Shown: piece by piece, positions 1 to 13,855 of the stretch
Layout of the letters: each line of letters starts with the position of its first letter
Position numbering within the stretch: position 1 is the first letter of the stretch
NCBI GenBank assembly: GCA_050084985.1
Contig: JBITNC010000002.1
Location: 17,298,001-17,362,000 of the forward strand
DNA from: Nageia nagi
Taxonomy: Eukaryota; Plantae; Pinophyta
Direction of reading: 5' to 3'
Length of the DNA: 64,000 nucleotides
Notes under the pieces: generated by a model
The model's database searches: none
The model's input: only the letters and a program-made list of their open reading frames with translations
Told to the model about the DNA's origin: nothing
Position numbers and translations under genes: made by a program

Positions 1-1078
1 CAAATTACCTTAATCCCTAAGGATTAGGTTTTCAACAAAGAAACCAGTTTTCCTCATTTTCTTGAGTTGGAAATGTAACAGGTCAATTTGGTCTATTTCA
101 GCCCGTTTTTCACAGCATTTATCTATTACATATAGCCTCAGCCCTTATAGGCATAATGACAAAATTTGTTTATTAACCGTAGTAGAGTATTTGATTAATT
201 GATGTATAAGTTCTAAGAAAAATCACCATATAATTGTCCTCCTAAGAATGTTATAATAATTGACCAGGACACGTGATACCAAGTAAATATTTGCTTATTA
301 TACCACATTATGTGTGAATTTGTTACATTATTGTGGCAAGCTGCTTCGGGCTTCAGCATTTACTTCAAAGGCAAGTATAATAATTGTATCCAGACTTGGA
401 CATGGCAAGATCTACCTGGCAATCCAACTCATAGCCCAAACACAGCAATGCTTTCCAAATAATTCATATGGGGTCGTTTTCTCTTCAAATTTGAATCTTT
501 TTCCTTTGTATTTTTAGGAGATGATTTTTATTCTTGAACTCTTGAGACTTTAGATTTCGTGTATGAGTTCTCTCCTGTTGAAGTCACCAGGAACTGCACC
601 CTGCCCGATCATCCAGTATCAGTCCAACAAAATTTTCTTTTTGCATGATTTTCTGATGTGAAAAGTTTTTTTAACATTACAAAATACTTTGTTTTTACAG
701 CTGAAACTCCTTTGAACTAATTATTCAATTAATCTATCCAAACTGCCTTTATATAACCCTTCGTTTTTACCGTTGAAACTTTTTTGAGCTTATGATTCAA
801 TTAATCTATCCAGGACAGCATGTTACATTGCAGGGCTTATAACAATCCTTTTGTATCGTCGTGACATGGAAACTGCTGTTGAGTGGTAGGAAATTGTTGT
901 AGTGTTCTCATGCCAAAGATTGAACTAGAGATGAAGCAATGTTGAGATAAATGACTCAATTCACTCGCAACAGGGAAAGATATGTTGGGAGGATGATTAC
1001 TAAACATTAGTTAACGATCATTCTTAATCATAGGGAAGCAAAAGGGCAAAATAGATGATGTACCTGGAATAATAATAA

Positions 1079-1927
1079 GAGAAAATTATGAAAATACTTC
1101 TATATTCTATAATAAATACGAAAATATTTTTATTTTTTTCAAAATTACGAAAATACGTCTATACCTCTATGTTGATTAAGAGACCTTCGTTTGCACTCCA
1201 TACTCTCCTTCCTTCTAAGGATGGACCCCTGCATTTACACTTCATACTTTGCGAATAATGTTCCCAAATACAATAGGATTGTAAACACAACTTTTATCAA
1301 GTCTATGAGTAGCAATGAAAAGGTCCATGATGCGCACAACTCCACCTTCATAGAGGTAAAAAGAATATCCATGTTTGCTAGGAGAGAGTGTTTAATCGAT
1401 CTTTTGTAAATCGTAGGGAGGCTACTAAAATCTAGATTTTTAGTTCTAAAAAACAACACCAGCAATTAAAAGAGTGACTTAAATGGAAGTATGCAACTTG
1501 CAAATTAATCAGATAACCAATAGTCAATTTATGTGTGCTAAAATTTGATATAATAAAACACACATCCATGAAAAATATCAACTCTTTAAATCTAATGCAT
1601 ATAAGAACTACGAAGGATGTGGCAGAGGGAGATATGGAAGAAAACAATGTGTAATTAGATGCAAATTAGAAGCATCGCTTGAGGATTGTGTGGATTTTAA
1701 TGCGTTAGTGGAAGCATTAGGATGGGAGGAGCAGTCGTACAAGTGCCTCGTCCTCAAAGGAATGTTGTTGGTAGAGTATAAAGTGCAAATGAAAAGGCCC
1801 TGTCCTTAGAAGGAATGTTGTTAGTAGAGTATGGAGTGCAAACATAGGGGTATTTTTGTAATTTAGAAAAAAGTAAGAGTATTTTTGTAATTATGATAAA
1901 ATATAAGAGTATTTTCGTAATTTTCCC
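1079..1927. mobile_element. Non-autonomous Mutator-like (MULE) element
   Basis: Long imperfect TIRs (GAGAAAATTATGAAAATAC... vs reverse complement GGGAAAATTACGAAAATAC...). Inverted similarity continues at GTTTGCACTCCATACTCT. Perfect 9-bp TSD TAATAATAA at 1070-1078 and 1928-1936. Confidence 0.9.
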
Positions 1928-2147
1928 TAATAATAATTGATAACTATAATAGATCCGATATTCCAAAGATGCATAACATGCCAAAGTATAAATCTTCTGC
2001 ATAGACATTCCAATAACTTTTTATGGGCTGCATAGATCATGTATCATGAACTTTATCTTAATGTATGACTACTTATGGATTTGAGAACTTCACAAAGTAT
2101 GACACTTCTCATAATAATCACATCATTAGTCTTCTCATAATAATCAT

Positions 2148-2150
<3 letters not shown>

Positions 2151-2199
<49 letters not shown>
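2151..2199. repeat. (AT)n microsatellite
   Basis: About 24 consecutive AT units. Confidence 0.97.
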
Positions 2200-2204
<5 letters not shown>

Positions 2205-5200
2205 TTTTACAATAAAAAGGGAATAGATGGAATAAATCATATTTTAAATATTGAGTCCACATTACTTCTAATCACGAGTTAGGAAACCAAAAATATAAAG
2301 TTACTTATAAAAAGTAAGGCTCAAAGCCATCACCTAGCAAAAACAACTAATAATTCAACTATCTATCATTAAGAAGTCTCAAAAGAAGGGCCTTAATGAG
2401 TGTATCATAATCCATCATACATTGCTAATGATTCATTGGAATTGGTTGTAGATCTTATCCATCATTTCCATGAGGGATGTTTTGATCATCCTCAATAACT
2501 TTGCCCCATTTTGTTACAAGTTGAGTAGGAGTGGGGGGACGAGACCAACCATTATTGGCATGATCTTCATTAATGTTTTGATGGCCTCATGCCATTATGA
2601 GTCCATAAGGTTGCATTGACATATATTCCACACATCTGATCGCCATTAGGAATTGGCACCCTTATCATTAAATCATTTTTGGATCGATAACTTAGGTTGA
2701 AACTAATCACAACATGTATGTCGTGAATGCACATGCGACGGAGGGCATCAATGTGATCGAGATTGAGAATGTTCTTGTGAAGAGTGGTCAAGAGCAACTT
2801 TATTGATAACATACACAACATTACCCCAATAATCTAGTAAGGAACATAAGTGACAAAGTTCCACTATTACTTTGTTTGTTTAATTACAAATATGTAACCA
2901 CACATCATAGAACACTTCTAATTTGTCAACAAGAGAAAAATCCATGGATTGTTCATACTCTTTGAAAATAATTTTATTTTTGAACTTCCATATATGTAAT
3001 AATAAGCTAATTATGAAAACCTACCAAACTTCCCTCAATGGTAAAGTGAGGGTGAAAGAATAACCCAAAAAAGCATGTTGCCAAAAAAAATGTATAGGCA
3101 TATGTAGCACAAAAAAGGAAGCTACTCATTCCCAAGCTAGCTTAACATGGTTATAGTTCCAAAAGAGATGCATACAATACTCAAGCTCATTACAAAACGA
3201 GCATCCATGGTTAGGAACTCTTATATACTTCAAGTGAGTACCAAGGGGGAGATCTTGATATAAGAGACTCCAAGCAAAAAAGATTTCTTAGGATTGAGGG
3301 AGGAATCCCAAATAGATAAAAATCGAAATTTCTATTTAGAATGAGTGGAAATTAAATCTCATTCTTATTAAGCTTAAGAACCATAAGAAAAATAGTTGGT
3401 AACCAAGCATATTCATGACAAGCTCTATAATTGAGAAGAGTAATATTCACATGCCAAGCCTAATCTTTCCATCATGGTGAGACCTCATTCCAATATTGTA
3501 CAACATAGAGAAATATTTAAGTTCAATGATCATATCATGAGTGATCCTATCCACATATATCAACGAAATATGCATTTAATGTTATTTTAAATCCATTCAT
3601 TTGTAAGATCTATCAAAAGTTATCTATAAGTAAATATATATCAATTAAGTATTTCAATTATTGTTATCTCAATCCTTCCATGTATGCATGAAGAGACTAT
3701 TTAATATTAATTCTCAATTTTATTATAATAGAATTATTTTTAGTTTAATGTATTATATTGAAGGAGAAATATTTTATTGTTCAACTTTTGTTAATAGAAA
3801 TGTATATTATTATTGTATTACAAAACGTTGGGGGATTTGAGAGAAAAATGGGTGTAAAAACTCTCAATTGATGTAAAGAGAGTTCCCTACCTCTCATGCT
3901 AGTGATATGTTTCAAATGTCACATGATGGTAACATGTCTTGATTTTTGAATGCTTTGTAAAAAGATTGAAACCCGTTCAACACTCCTTCTCAACCATATA
4001 TATAAAATCAATTATAAGTATGTGAAGTTAAATGAAGTAGAAAGCATTGAAATAAAATAAAATTTAATTGAATTTCAATATAGTTTTTCAAGGTAATTTA
4101 GAACAAGCAAAGGAGGTGGATGCTTTAAAGATAATGCAAGTAATCTAATTCTATTAATTCTAACTTTTATTAATGGAATGAGAATTGCAAAGGATCAAGA
4201 TTTTTATGATATATAGATTGAAAAAAATTTAAAAGTTTGATACATCAATCTATAATCTAAATTTGAAAATATTTTACGAAGTATTTAAAATGCTATTTCA
4301 AGAAGTGAGAGTGAGAAAAATGACATACATATTAAGAAAGGAATAAAGTAGTTAATGGATTAGTTGGTGTAAGAGTATAGTCAATTGTTAGATATAAACA
4401 AAAAGGCTCTATGCTATCAAGGAAGTCTACCACCTTATAGCTTATGATAAAAAAATAAACATGTTACTCTAGAAGTGAATGTAACATGATTGGAGAGAGG
4501 CTTGGTGACTATCTTATTGACTAAGTGCAATTCAATAGTAATATTGGATAAGATAGTATAGTTCTTTGTTTAAAGACTATGCCACATGATTTATCATGTT
4601 TCTAAAGGTTTTGTACTAGCAGCCAGTCATTATTAGTAAAAGAAATAAATACTTATTGTAGAGGATATATTCAGTGTGTAAAATAGTGGAAGGATGGTGC
4701 ATTATCTTTACTTTATAGGATTCTTAGTATTATGTCAAACATATTTGAGTTAATAGGATTCTGATTATTATGTGAAACATATTTGAGGTTTCAATTCTTT
4801 TATCTTGCAACTTTATTTTGTTCTTTTTATTTTGTCTTTGTTGTACAAAAAATATCATTTTATATTATTTAACAAGGGATTAAGATAAATTAAGTGTAGA
4901 ATTAGTTTAGGTGGATTTTTTTTAGCAAGGATGAATTAAAGAATTTATTTTGATGACTTTTTAAGAATGAATCAAGATCATATAAAATCATCAAAGTGAT
5001 AATATTTTTATTTTATTTTTGTTAAGATATTATAATTAAATTCAACAATGAAACTAAGATAATGATGTTATGAAAATGACTCAATTTACATACAAAGAAT
5101 TAGAAATATGTGTAAACTAAATGAGATTCATTATTTATTATACAAGCATCAATGAACAAACGTAATGCCCTTAAAATATCAAGTTGTTAATTGAAGAAAT

Positions 5201-5629
5201 ATACTCTTTAAAAAAGAAATTCAAAAATTTAAATTTTCCATAGGTTAGTGGTAAACCACCTAGAAAATACAATTGTTAATGGGAAGTCATGGAGTTTTAA
5301 TAACTAGTTACCATGTGATTTATTAATAAATATTGGTTAGCTAACAAAAGTTGTGTTATCTTTTGAAGGGTGTGGTGTTTATATTCCACATGAGTAATTT
5401 TGTTTAATTAGTATGGCAAAGCAAGGTTCTAGTTGTTACTAAGTGGCTCAAATAGGTAGGTGCTTCTACATGATGTAAAATGATAATGTGAATGATTTTT
5501 TCAATCTTGATGCATTTTCACATGTCATGCACTTGTAGTTTGGTTGATTTTATGGTGACAAAAAATACCACTTGCATTTAATACAGAATAGAAAAATATT
5601 TTAATTACTTGGTAAGAAATAATATTATT

Positions 5630-8600
5630 AGGGTTAAATATAACATCTAATGCCTTAATGTATGAAGTATTTGTTAGATGTTAAGCTAGACTTAATGTTG
5701 GCCATGAGTTTCTTAAGCATATTATCATTTGTAAATATTTAGGTCTCATATGCTTAACTCTTATGTGTGATGTAAATCTATATATGGATAGGTTAAAATT
5801 AAAACCAATTATTGAGATTAAAACATCTTGTTGTGTAATCAAAAGTGTGGGTTATATTACATAGATTGGTAGAACTTCATGTGCCTATTTGAAGGATACT
5901 TATCCAACATATTGAATAATATTGTGGCTGATTTGAGCATGATATTATTATGGTTGCCTGCCCATATTTTTTTATGCTATTTTTATCTCTTGATGTGTTT
6001 ATTTTGGTTCAATTATCACTTCATGTGAAAACTTGATGGTGTTCAATTCTTTGGCAACACTTGCATAATTCTACACAGTACTAGAGCTATTGGAGATTCC
6101 ATCAAAGATTGATTGAAGGAACTAGGGTTTCTTACAATGCTTGGATTAATTTCATAATTTTGTGAGTTTGAAATATTTTCTACAAATTTTATTTGGTGGA
6201 TTCAAATAAGAGGATATTTTGGGCGTGTGATCCATATTTTAGCTAATTTTGATAAATAAAATTAGAGATATTATCAAAAGAAGTTTTTGAGAAATCATAA
6301 TTTTAGGGATATTCATGAGAAGTTTTTTTTGGAAATCCTCATTATCTAAATTGGTTATTTTCATTATTTTGCACTCTTGGAGATTTTATCATTTTTCCCT
6401 TTGAATCTATAATGGAAGAATTTTAGGTGATGCCCTAATTTTTTTGCATTGTAAATTTGAATTTTCAAAGTTTTGAATTTGGAACTCCATCCATTAAGCC
6501 TAACATGCATGCAAAAAATAACGAATCAATGTGAAAAAAAGATTTGGTATTGTTTAAAGAAGGTTATTTCACATGGTAAATGCTCCAAGTAACATGGCCA
6601 AGATGCAAGGCTCCTAGAAGGTAGGTTGTAAGTTTGAGCCTCGTTGACTCCTCTTATTCTATTACATTTTGGCAAAGACAATGATTAAGTGATGATGTGG
6701 AGTATATTAATCAAATATATAGCACATTAATTAAACATGTGGTAGATTGATCAAATACATGGTAGTGTTGATTGGACAATGACATAATAATATAGATTAT
6801 ATGGATCGTACAAATATTTGTATAGTATGAATGATGCAAATTTAAGTTGTATGAATTTGAAGGCATTTTAATCTTTTTTGCTCCTTTTTTTATCAATTTT
6901 GGTGAAAACTTCTAGAGGCCATAATGTTTTTATCTATAAGGATTTTGGAGGTGGTGTTTTTCATTTTTTTTTTTGAGATCTATGCATTAGTGCAATCTAT
7001 TTTGCCATATATGTGATAGAATTTCATAAGATGGGCCTTAATTAGTTATGAATTTTAGATCAAGGAAACGAAGAAAGGATTTTATTATTATAGTAATCCA
7101 AATGATAAGGAGAAGAAGTGAAGGAAGAAATTACAAGATAGATTCTTAAACCTTCAAAGGAGATTGAAGATCTGAAGGGTGGTTCTTCTAAAGGAGCTTC
7201 TTCTAATGTTGATATAATAGAAAGGGCATCCCATGATGATGAGGTGATATTTTCTTTTTCTTATGTGGTTATAACATTTTCTTTTGACGGGGATTGATAT
7301 ATTAATTTAAGTGCTTCTTAACATATAACCATGAATAAGAGTTTGCTTAACAACTATAAAGGTGGAAAGAATAGTGGAGTGGTGAAAATAACTAATTTTA
7401 AGGATTTAATAGTTTTTAGAAATGAATATGTGAAGCATAAAGATAGCCATATTCGATATGTACTCTACTATGTACTTGGATTAGATGTCAAATTTTTATG
7501 TGTACTTATTAACTCAAAGTAAGAAGAAAGTTGAGTTTTACAAGTATCAGGTCTACATCAAGGATTCAAAGCATAATAAGATCATTACAATAGGAGTTTT
7601 TAATGAGACATTGAAAATGTTCAAGCTGTAAAGATTCACTAGAAATAGCTTGGTGAAGGGTTCTCATGGTCTACCTCATGATGCACACAATAGACATTAT
7701 TGTGGGCATAATTATAAAATGAGAGAGATCATCATGATTGGTATGGTGATATACTTGAAAAATATCTTTATTTTATATCTCATAATTTTCCTTATGGTGT
7801 ACATGATGAAAACCATGGTGGGCATAGTGACAGACATGAGAGATCATCATCATAGTCTTGAGAAAGATCTTCATATTATAGATATAGATGATTATGGAAA
7901 TGGTGATTCTCATAATGATGGTGGAATTGATATGGATCATCATGAAGAGCATAGGCTTGATATTCATGGTCAATCAACTCATTCAAAAGATGAAGTTGAT
8001 ACATAATATTCAGATAGAATTAAGAGGAATTGTGGACCAATATATTAGTTCAAGTTGGCATTGATGGTAAGGGTCAGGGAAGGGATGAACTCTTCTACCT
8101 TCAAGAAGGCGTAGTGGATACTTAAATGGAATGAAACTATGAAGAATGAGGTTAATGATTTTATTCATTTGAGGTGAATTTTTGAGATGCATGAGGCTTC
8201 AAGTGAATCTATAATCAAGAGAGGATGTTTAGATGATGACACTTTTACTGCTTATGTCTAATTTAAGAGATGGTATTGGATGTTAAATTAGAATTAATGT
8301 TGAGCATGTATTTCTTAAATATAACATTAATATTTATAAATACTTGAACCGCATATGACTAACTTTTTTATGTGATGTAAATTTATACATGGATAAATGA
8401 AATTGATCGTTGAGATTAAAATCTCTTATTTTGAAATCAAGAGTGTTGGTTATATTAACATGTTGATATAACTTTGTGTAGGTATATAAATGACACTTCT
8501 ACCATATAATGATAAAGTTATGGTTCATTTGACCATGATACTATTATGGAGATACCCTTTTAGGCCTTAACTTCCTACTCATATTATTGTGGCTTATTTT

Positions 8601-8693
8601 TCTTTTCTTTGTGCATTTATTTCACTTCACTTATTACTTCATGTTGAAATATCATGGTGTTCAATTATTTGAGAAAACTTATATAATTCTATA
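5630..8693 (+). mobile_element. Old non-autonomous LTR retroelement A (LTRs ~5630-6075 and 8226-8693)
   Basis: Diverged direct repeats (e.g. TGTGATGTAAAT.TATA.ATGGATA, TTGAGATTAAAA). Degenerate tRNA-Met PBS CAGTACTAGAGC at 6076, purine tract ATCAAGAGAGGA before TG at 8226, and a His/Asp-rich internal remnant. No pol recognised. Confidence 0.65.
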
Positions 8694-8919
8694 GGATTCA
8701 TAAATAATTTCTTATTTCATAAGGAACCTAATTCAAATGTTAACTTTCTTTTTCTATTTTTTTAGAAGGTAGAGGACCCAAGTATAACCTTTATATTGAT
8801 AAAAGAAATTAAATATTGAACAATTTTCATTTTCATTTTGATACTTATAAAAAATAGTCATATTCGATTACACATGTGTGTGCACGTATGCACACACACA
8901 GAATATATTAAAACAAAAA

Positions 8920-11900
8920 AGTATACCACAAGAATATAGGCCCTAGAGTATACAAAAATAATAAATGGGTAATCAAAATGATTTGCTAGATGATTATTAT
9001 ACTGGCTATAAGTAATCTTTAAATAGGCTCAATAACTCTTACCAATCCATGTGATTTAGCCATAATCATTGAATTATACAACATGTTATAATTTCAATCC
9101 TTAGTTAATCATTAATAAAATGGTTCATGTATACACATATCTATCTAATGAGAGTTAAGCATATGGAATTAACATTAATAAATACTTAAGTATTAATAAA
9201 CATAAGGCCTACACTATTTTTAGCTTAACATCCAACATCCTTCATAAAGTTAGATTTAGGGGGCTAATATTTAATGGAGAGACAAGGGTATCATTATCCC
9301 AACACCCTCTACTGATGTTAGATACTCTTGAAGCCTCATGCATCTTAATTATCTATCTATGAGTCCTTCCTTAAATATTATGTTATAAATTCAATAACTC
9401 ACATGGAGTATCCCAAAAGGTAGATCTATACCATACAATCCTTTATTCTATATTTGAATTATATGTCACAATGATATCAATAAAATGAATAATATGACCA
9501 TAATCATCAAAACCATGCTTTCTAAGATAAATCACATCATTATCAATATTATCATTAGAATTGGCATTTGCATAATCCAAGTGAATACCTCCAACTCCAC
9601 CATCATTATGAGAATTAATATTCTCACCATGCAAGTGAAAACCACCATCTCAACCATCATCTTCATCCTCAAAATGAAGATCCTTATCATATCCATCACC
9701 ATGCCCACCATGATGTCTACTATATACACCATGAGATAAATCATGAGGAGAAGGAGAATAATAAGTACCAAGAAGCTCTAATAAAGTGAAAAAATCAACA
9801 TGATTAGAAATGGTCTCCTGATTGAACCTCAAATGTTCATTCTTAAGAATCTTCCATGCTACTAGATCCCAAATTCTTAAACCCATATATATTTACCAAT
9901 ATCCATTGAGAGTGCACCTCTTATTATTCATATAATGGGAGCCCATGAATTATATCCTACAATTCTAAAGTTCTTTAAGTTTGGTTCCAACTAATTTCCT
10001 GCTACTATTAGAGCAAGATCGTAAATTCCTTCCTTAATCATAACAAGGACATAAGGATCCAATAAATAAGCAATCATAAAGTTCATATCTATATTCAAGG
10101 GGAAAATATCCTTATTGCCCATAGAAGGAACTAAAGTGAATTATTGCATACCAGTTCCACCAAGGATTACATCACACATTTACTCATAAGCATCATCAAC
10201 ATCCTCTTCAACATAAGTGAGAGGCCATTCTAAATCTAAATAAATGAGAACTATCACCATCTCCTAATGATTTTGATAAAGACATCTCACTACCCATGTG
10301 ATTGATGCATACAAATATGATAAATAAAAGATGTATCCCTGTACAAATATCATCATGTTAACATACCTTATGAATGGCCAATATATCAAAAAACCCAATT
10401 AGTTATGAGAAACTACCATTGACACTATCTAAATTCCTCATACTAATAAAGAACCATTATTTAGTGTATGGTCTATCATAATCTCACAATCCTACAAACA
10501 ATCCTCATGAGTAACTAATGAAAAAGCATTTGCCTTATTAAAATCCATTGTTCAAATATAAAGAGATAGTGCATGAAGCCATGGCTAAAGAATCCTCAAC
10601 ATGAGACTCACCAATGAATCATTTTGAAAATTGACATCAACATCTTCCTTAATACATAAAAAAGAATCCATATAATTATAAGAATCTAAGTTTGTAGTAA
10701 TACTGTCTCTCTCATCCTCATTATCTAAGTATCCATCAATAATGGAATCATATGAATCCTCATGAGAAAGTATTCTATAATGATTCTTTATTATTATCTA
10801 AAATTCTTTAGGTTATATTTCATGCTACTCTACAATATTTATTTGGAACTCATATTTCACATTGAAGGGTATAAATATCCATCTAATCCTTCTATCTTTC
10901 TTTGTAACCTCTTTGGATGGCCTATATTCAATATTATGTCATAAATGATTGGCCATGAAGATTAATTTCACCTCCTTCCACCATTTTGATTTTTTTTCCC
11001 ATTAAAGAAAAATAAAATTCTCTGATCTATTTATGATACAATTTGCTATGGCATATTGATTTTTCAATGTAAGTTCACCACTTGCAACCATCATCTTTGT
11101 GTAATTCACCAAATTTCCTACAAATGGCTATATTCCCATAATTAAAAAAAAAAAACAAACTAGGCCAAATCTAGAAAATCTTTGGAAGGTAATATAATAA
11201 AATCTAGAAGAGCGTAAAACTATAACCCTAGCTTATTTTTTCTATAAGGATTCTAAACTCGTAAATAATTTTCCAATATATATATATAGTAATTTTTTAA
11301 ATAACTTTATTTGGTAATATCTTTCAATTTGATAATTGAAATGAAATGAAATTTGGATTGCAAGTCCACCACATCCTTTTCTTCAACTCCACTAATCAAA
11401 TTTGTAAAATTCATTAGATCTCTTATGTTTTTTAATTTCTCAGGAATCTTATTTTGGTAATATCTTATAATTCAACTATCAAAATGAGCTACAATTTGGA
11501 TCATAAATTATCCACGTTCTTTTCTTCAATTCCATTAAAATATAAAAAATTAAGAAATTTATTTCAAAGCCTTGTAAGATACTCAAACTCTTCAATAGAT
11601 CTTTAATGGAATCTCCATATAATTATGATACCATAAATAATTATGCATCATTATCAAAGAATTAAAAATATCGAGCATTCCACATAAAAAAGACATTAAA
11701 GAAAAGAAGAAGAGCATAAGGATATGTGAAATATGGTTATTAACATGATCCTCTAGATGATTACAATGTTGGCTAGGAATGACCTTTAAATAGGAGTAAG
11801 TACTCTTACAAATCCATGTTACTTAACTATAATACTTGAATTACACAACATGTTATAATCTCAATCATTGATAAATCACCAATGCAATGATCCATGTACA

Positions 11901-12058
11901 CAACTATGCCAAATAGGAGTTAAGCTTATGACCTTAATATGAATAAATACTTAATTGTTAATAAATACAAAGCCTACATAAACATCTAACACCATTCCTT
12001 AAGATTGGTTTAAGGGGCCAATATTTGACAGAAGGATGAAGGTGTCATCATCCCAAGA
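8920..12058 (-). mobile_element. Old non-autonomous LTR retroelement B, same family as A (5' LTR 11634-12058; 3' LTR ~8920-9304)
   Basis: Direct repeats 8990-9304 and 11750-12058. Minus-strand PBS-like TGGTATCAT at 11633 and PPT-like CAGTAGAGGG next to the 3' LTR. Shares GCATGAGGCTTCAAG and the His/Asp-rich segment with element A. Confidence 0.65.
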
Positions 12059-13099
12059 TATCCTTGGGTTCTCTATCCCTTAATTGATAAAAAAAGAACC
12101 ATTAACCAAGTTAATTTCCTTGATAAAACACATTACATGACCATCTTATCAGATCACAAAGATTTTAATTATATTGGTTTCCTAATTTTTGTTGAATTTT
12201 ACTTAATACCCTTAGGTTTTACTTGACACTTAAGGCCCATTAACTATATAATTAGATTATTATATATCCTCCTAGTAAACACATTCTTAGTCCTTACCTT
12301 GAAGTGACTTAACTTCACGAATCTATTTCTAACATAACCATCACCATTTTGGTTTAGCTTCCATTATATTTGATTAATACATTTCATAATATCTAATATA
12401 AATAATAAAAAAACACTTGATAATATCCACAATATTGACATAGATTTTTGATGAAATCACATTTAATAAGAATACATCTATTTAGCATGTATTCAAATTA
12501 CAATAACCTTCCTTTATAACCATTTTATCATTTTACTTATTGCTCTTAAAGTCTATAAATTTAAAGTATTTATAAATATTTTTACAAATTTTATTTCTAA
12601 CTTTCTATGATCACTATAACCTTTAGCTAGATCCTCCACCTTAACATTCCAAATAAGCCATGACTTTATTTAAAGATTATATTATTATTTCAACGTTGTG
12701 CATTTTTTGTTTCGACTCTTTAAACTACGAGAGACTTTGACTTCAATCAAATTTATTAATAATTTTTATACTTCTAAGGTATGACCTTGTATGTTTCATG
12801 GGGTTTTTATCTTTACTAAGACAATATTGATCCCAATCTTAAAATATATTTCATCCCATTTGTTGCATATTCTAATTCTTTCCTAAGCTATACAAGCTTT
12901 CAACTTTATTTACTCCTAAATTGAAAGGCGAAATGAGTCAAGATATCCCTAAGTTCGTTCTTGAAAATCAACTAAACCTTATTAGCCTCGGATTTTCTTT
13001 TAAGGCTACGTCAAAATTTAATTTATTGAATCGACTTGGTGAATTGCAAAAATTATTTTAGCCCAATTCAAAGGCCTATTTATTCAAAAGGCTTTATCG

Positions 13100-13793
13100 T
13101 AGTCGGAGCTATTTGTATAGAGGACATGCTGAAATGCATGTTAGTAGCCTGCGAGATGACAAACTGCTCGGAACTTACTCTGCTGTTAGGTCAATTTTGG
13201 TCAAGAATTGGGATTGGATGAGGTAATTCCAGGGCACAAATTTCATGAATAGCGATTTCTTATCCTCCATTTTGGTAACGGGCTGTCATCTCTCTACTCT
13301 TCCTTCCTCCTTAGCATCTTGTTCATACTACTCTTGATCCTTAATTCTTTCAATGATGATATGGTTTTAAAGCAACATTTCTTCAGTAATTTTGTCAGAG
13401 AAGTTGTTCGTTTCTTTTTTGAATATTATGGAAACCATCCGCCTTAATTTCATTGCTTTGAGATTCTAATAGTTTTTTTTATAGGTTTTTGAAATTACAC
13501 TAGAGAAATTACTCACATGCATCCCAACTTTTGCATCTACATGTTCCAAACAATTGTTACATAAGTAGATATTTGTTTTTATTGATGTTGTAGATTCTAT
13601 GAATGCCATATACATTGCATGATCATTTCTTATATGTATAAATTCAAGAATGCGAAATCGTAATACCGATAAATAGTTATTGAGTTTTGTAAATTAAAAG
13701 AAGGTTGAATTTTGAAATACAAATAGCACTATGGATTGAAAAATCACTCATCTTTTTGAGGAGGATCAAAACATAATTGTTACAAATGACCAG
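13100..13793 (+). promoter_or_regulatory. Putative non-coding first exon (to 13222) and 5' UTR intron (13223-13793) of ENT
   Basis: Donor-like GAG|GTAATT at 13223, U-rich intervening sequence, CAG| two bases before the ATG. The TSS cannot be determined. Confidence 0.45.
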
Positions 13794-13795
13794 GC

Positions 13796-13855
13796 ATGAT
13801 GACAGAGGGCGGTGGTGGACAAGCTGAATTCCAAAGCTCTCTTGCTCCAAGGGAT
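13796..13855 (+). CDS. ENT3: ENT coding exon 1 (MMTEGGGGQAEFQSSLAPRD)
   Basis: ATG at 13796 just after CAG|GC; donor GAT|GTAAGT at 13856; phase 0 into exon 2. Confidence 0.8.

Noticed and set aside
7650-9886. His/Asp/Met/Ile-rich ORFs as metal-binding host proteins
   Set aside because: They arise from degenerate ATC/GAT-type low-complexity sequence that is open in several frames on both strands, inside decayed LTR elements.
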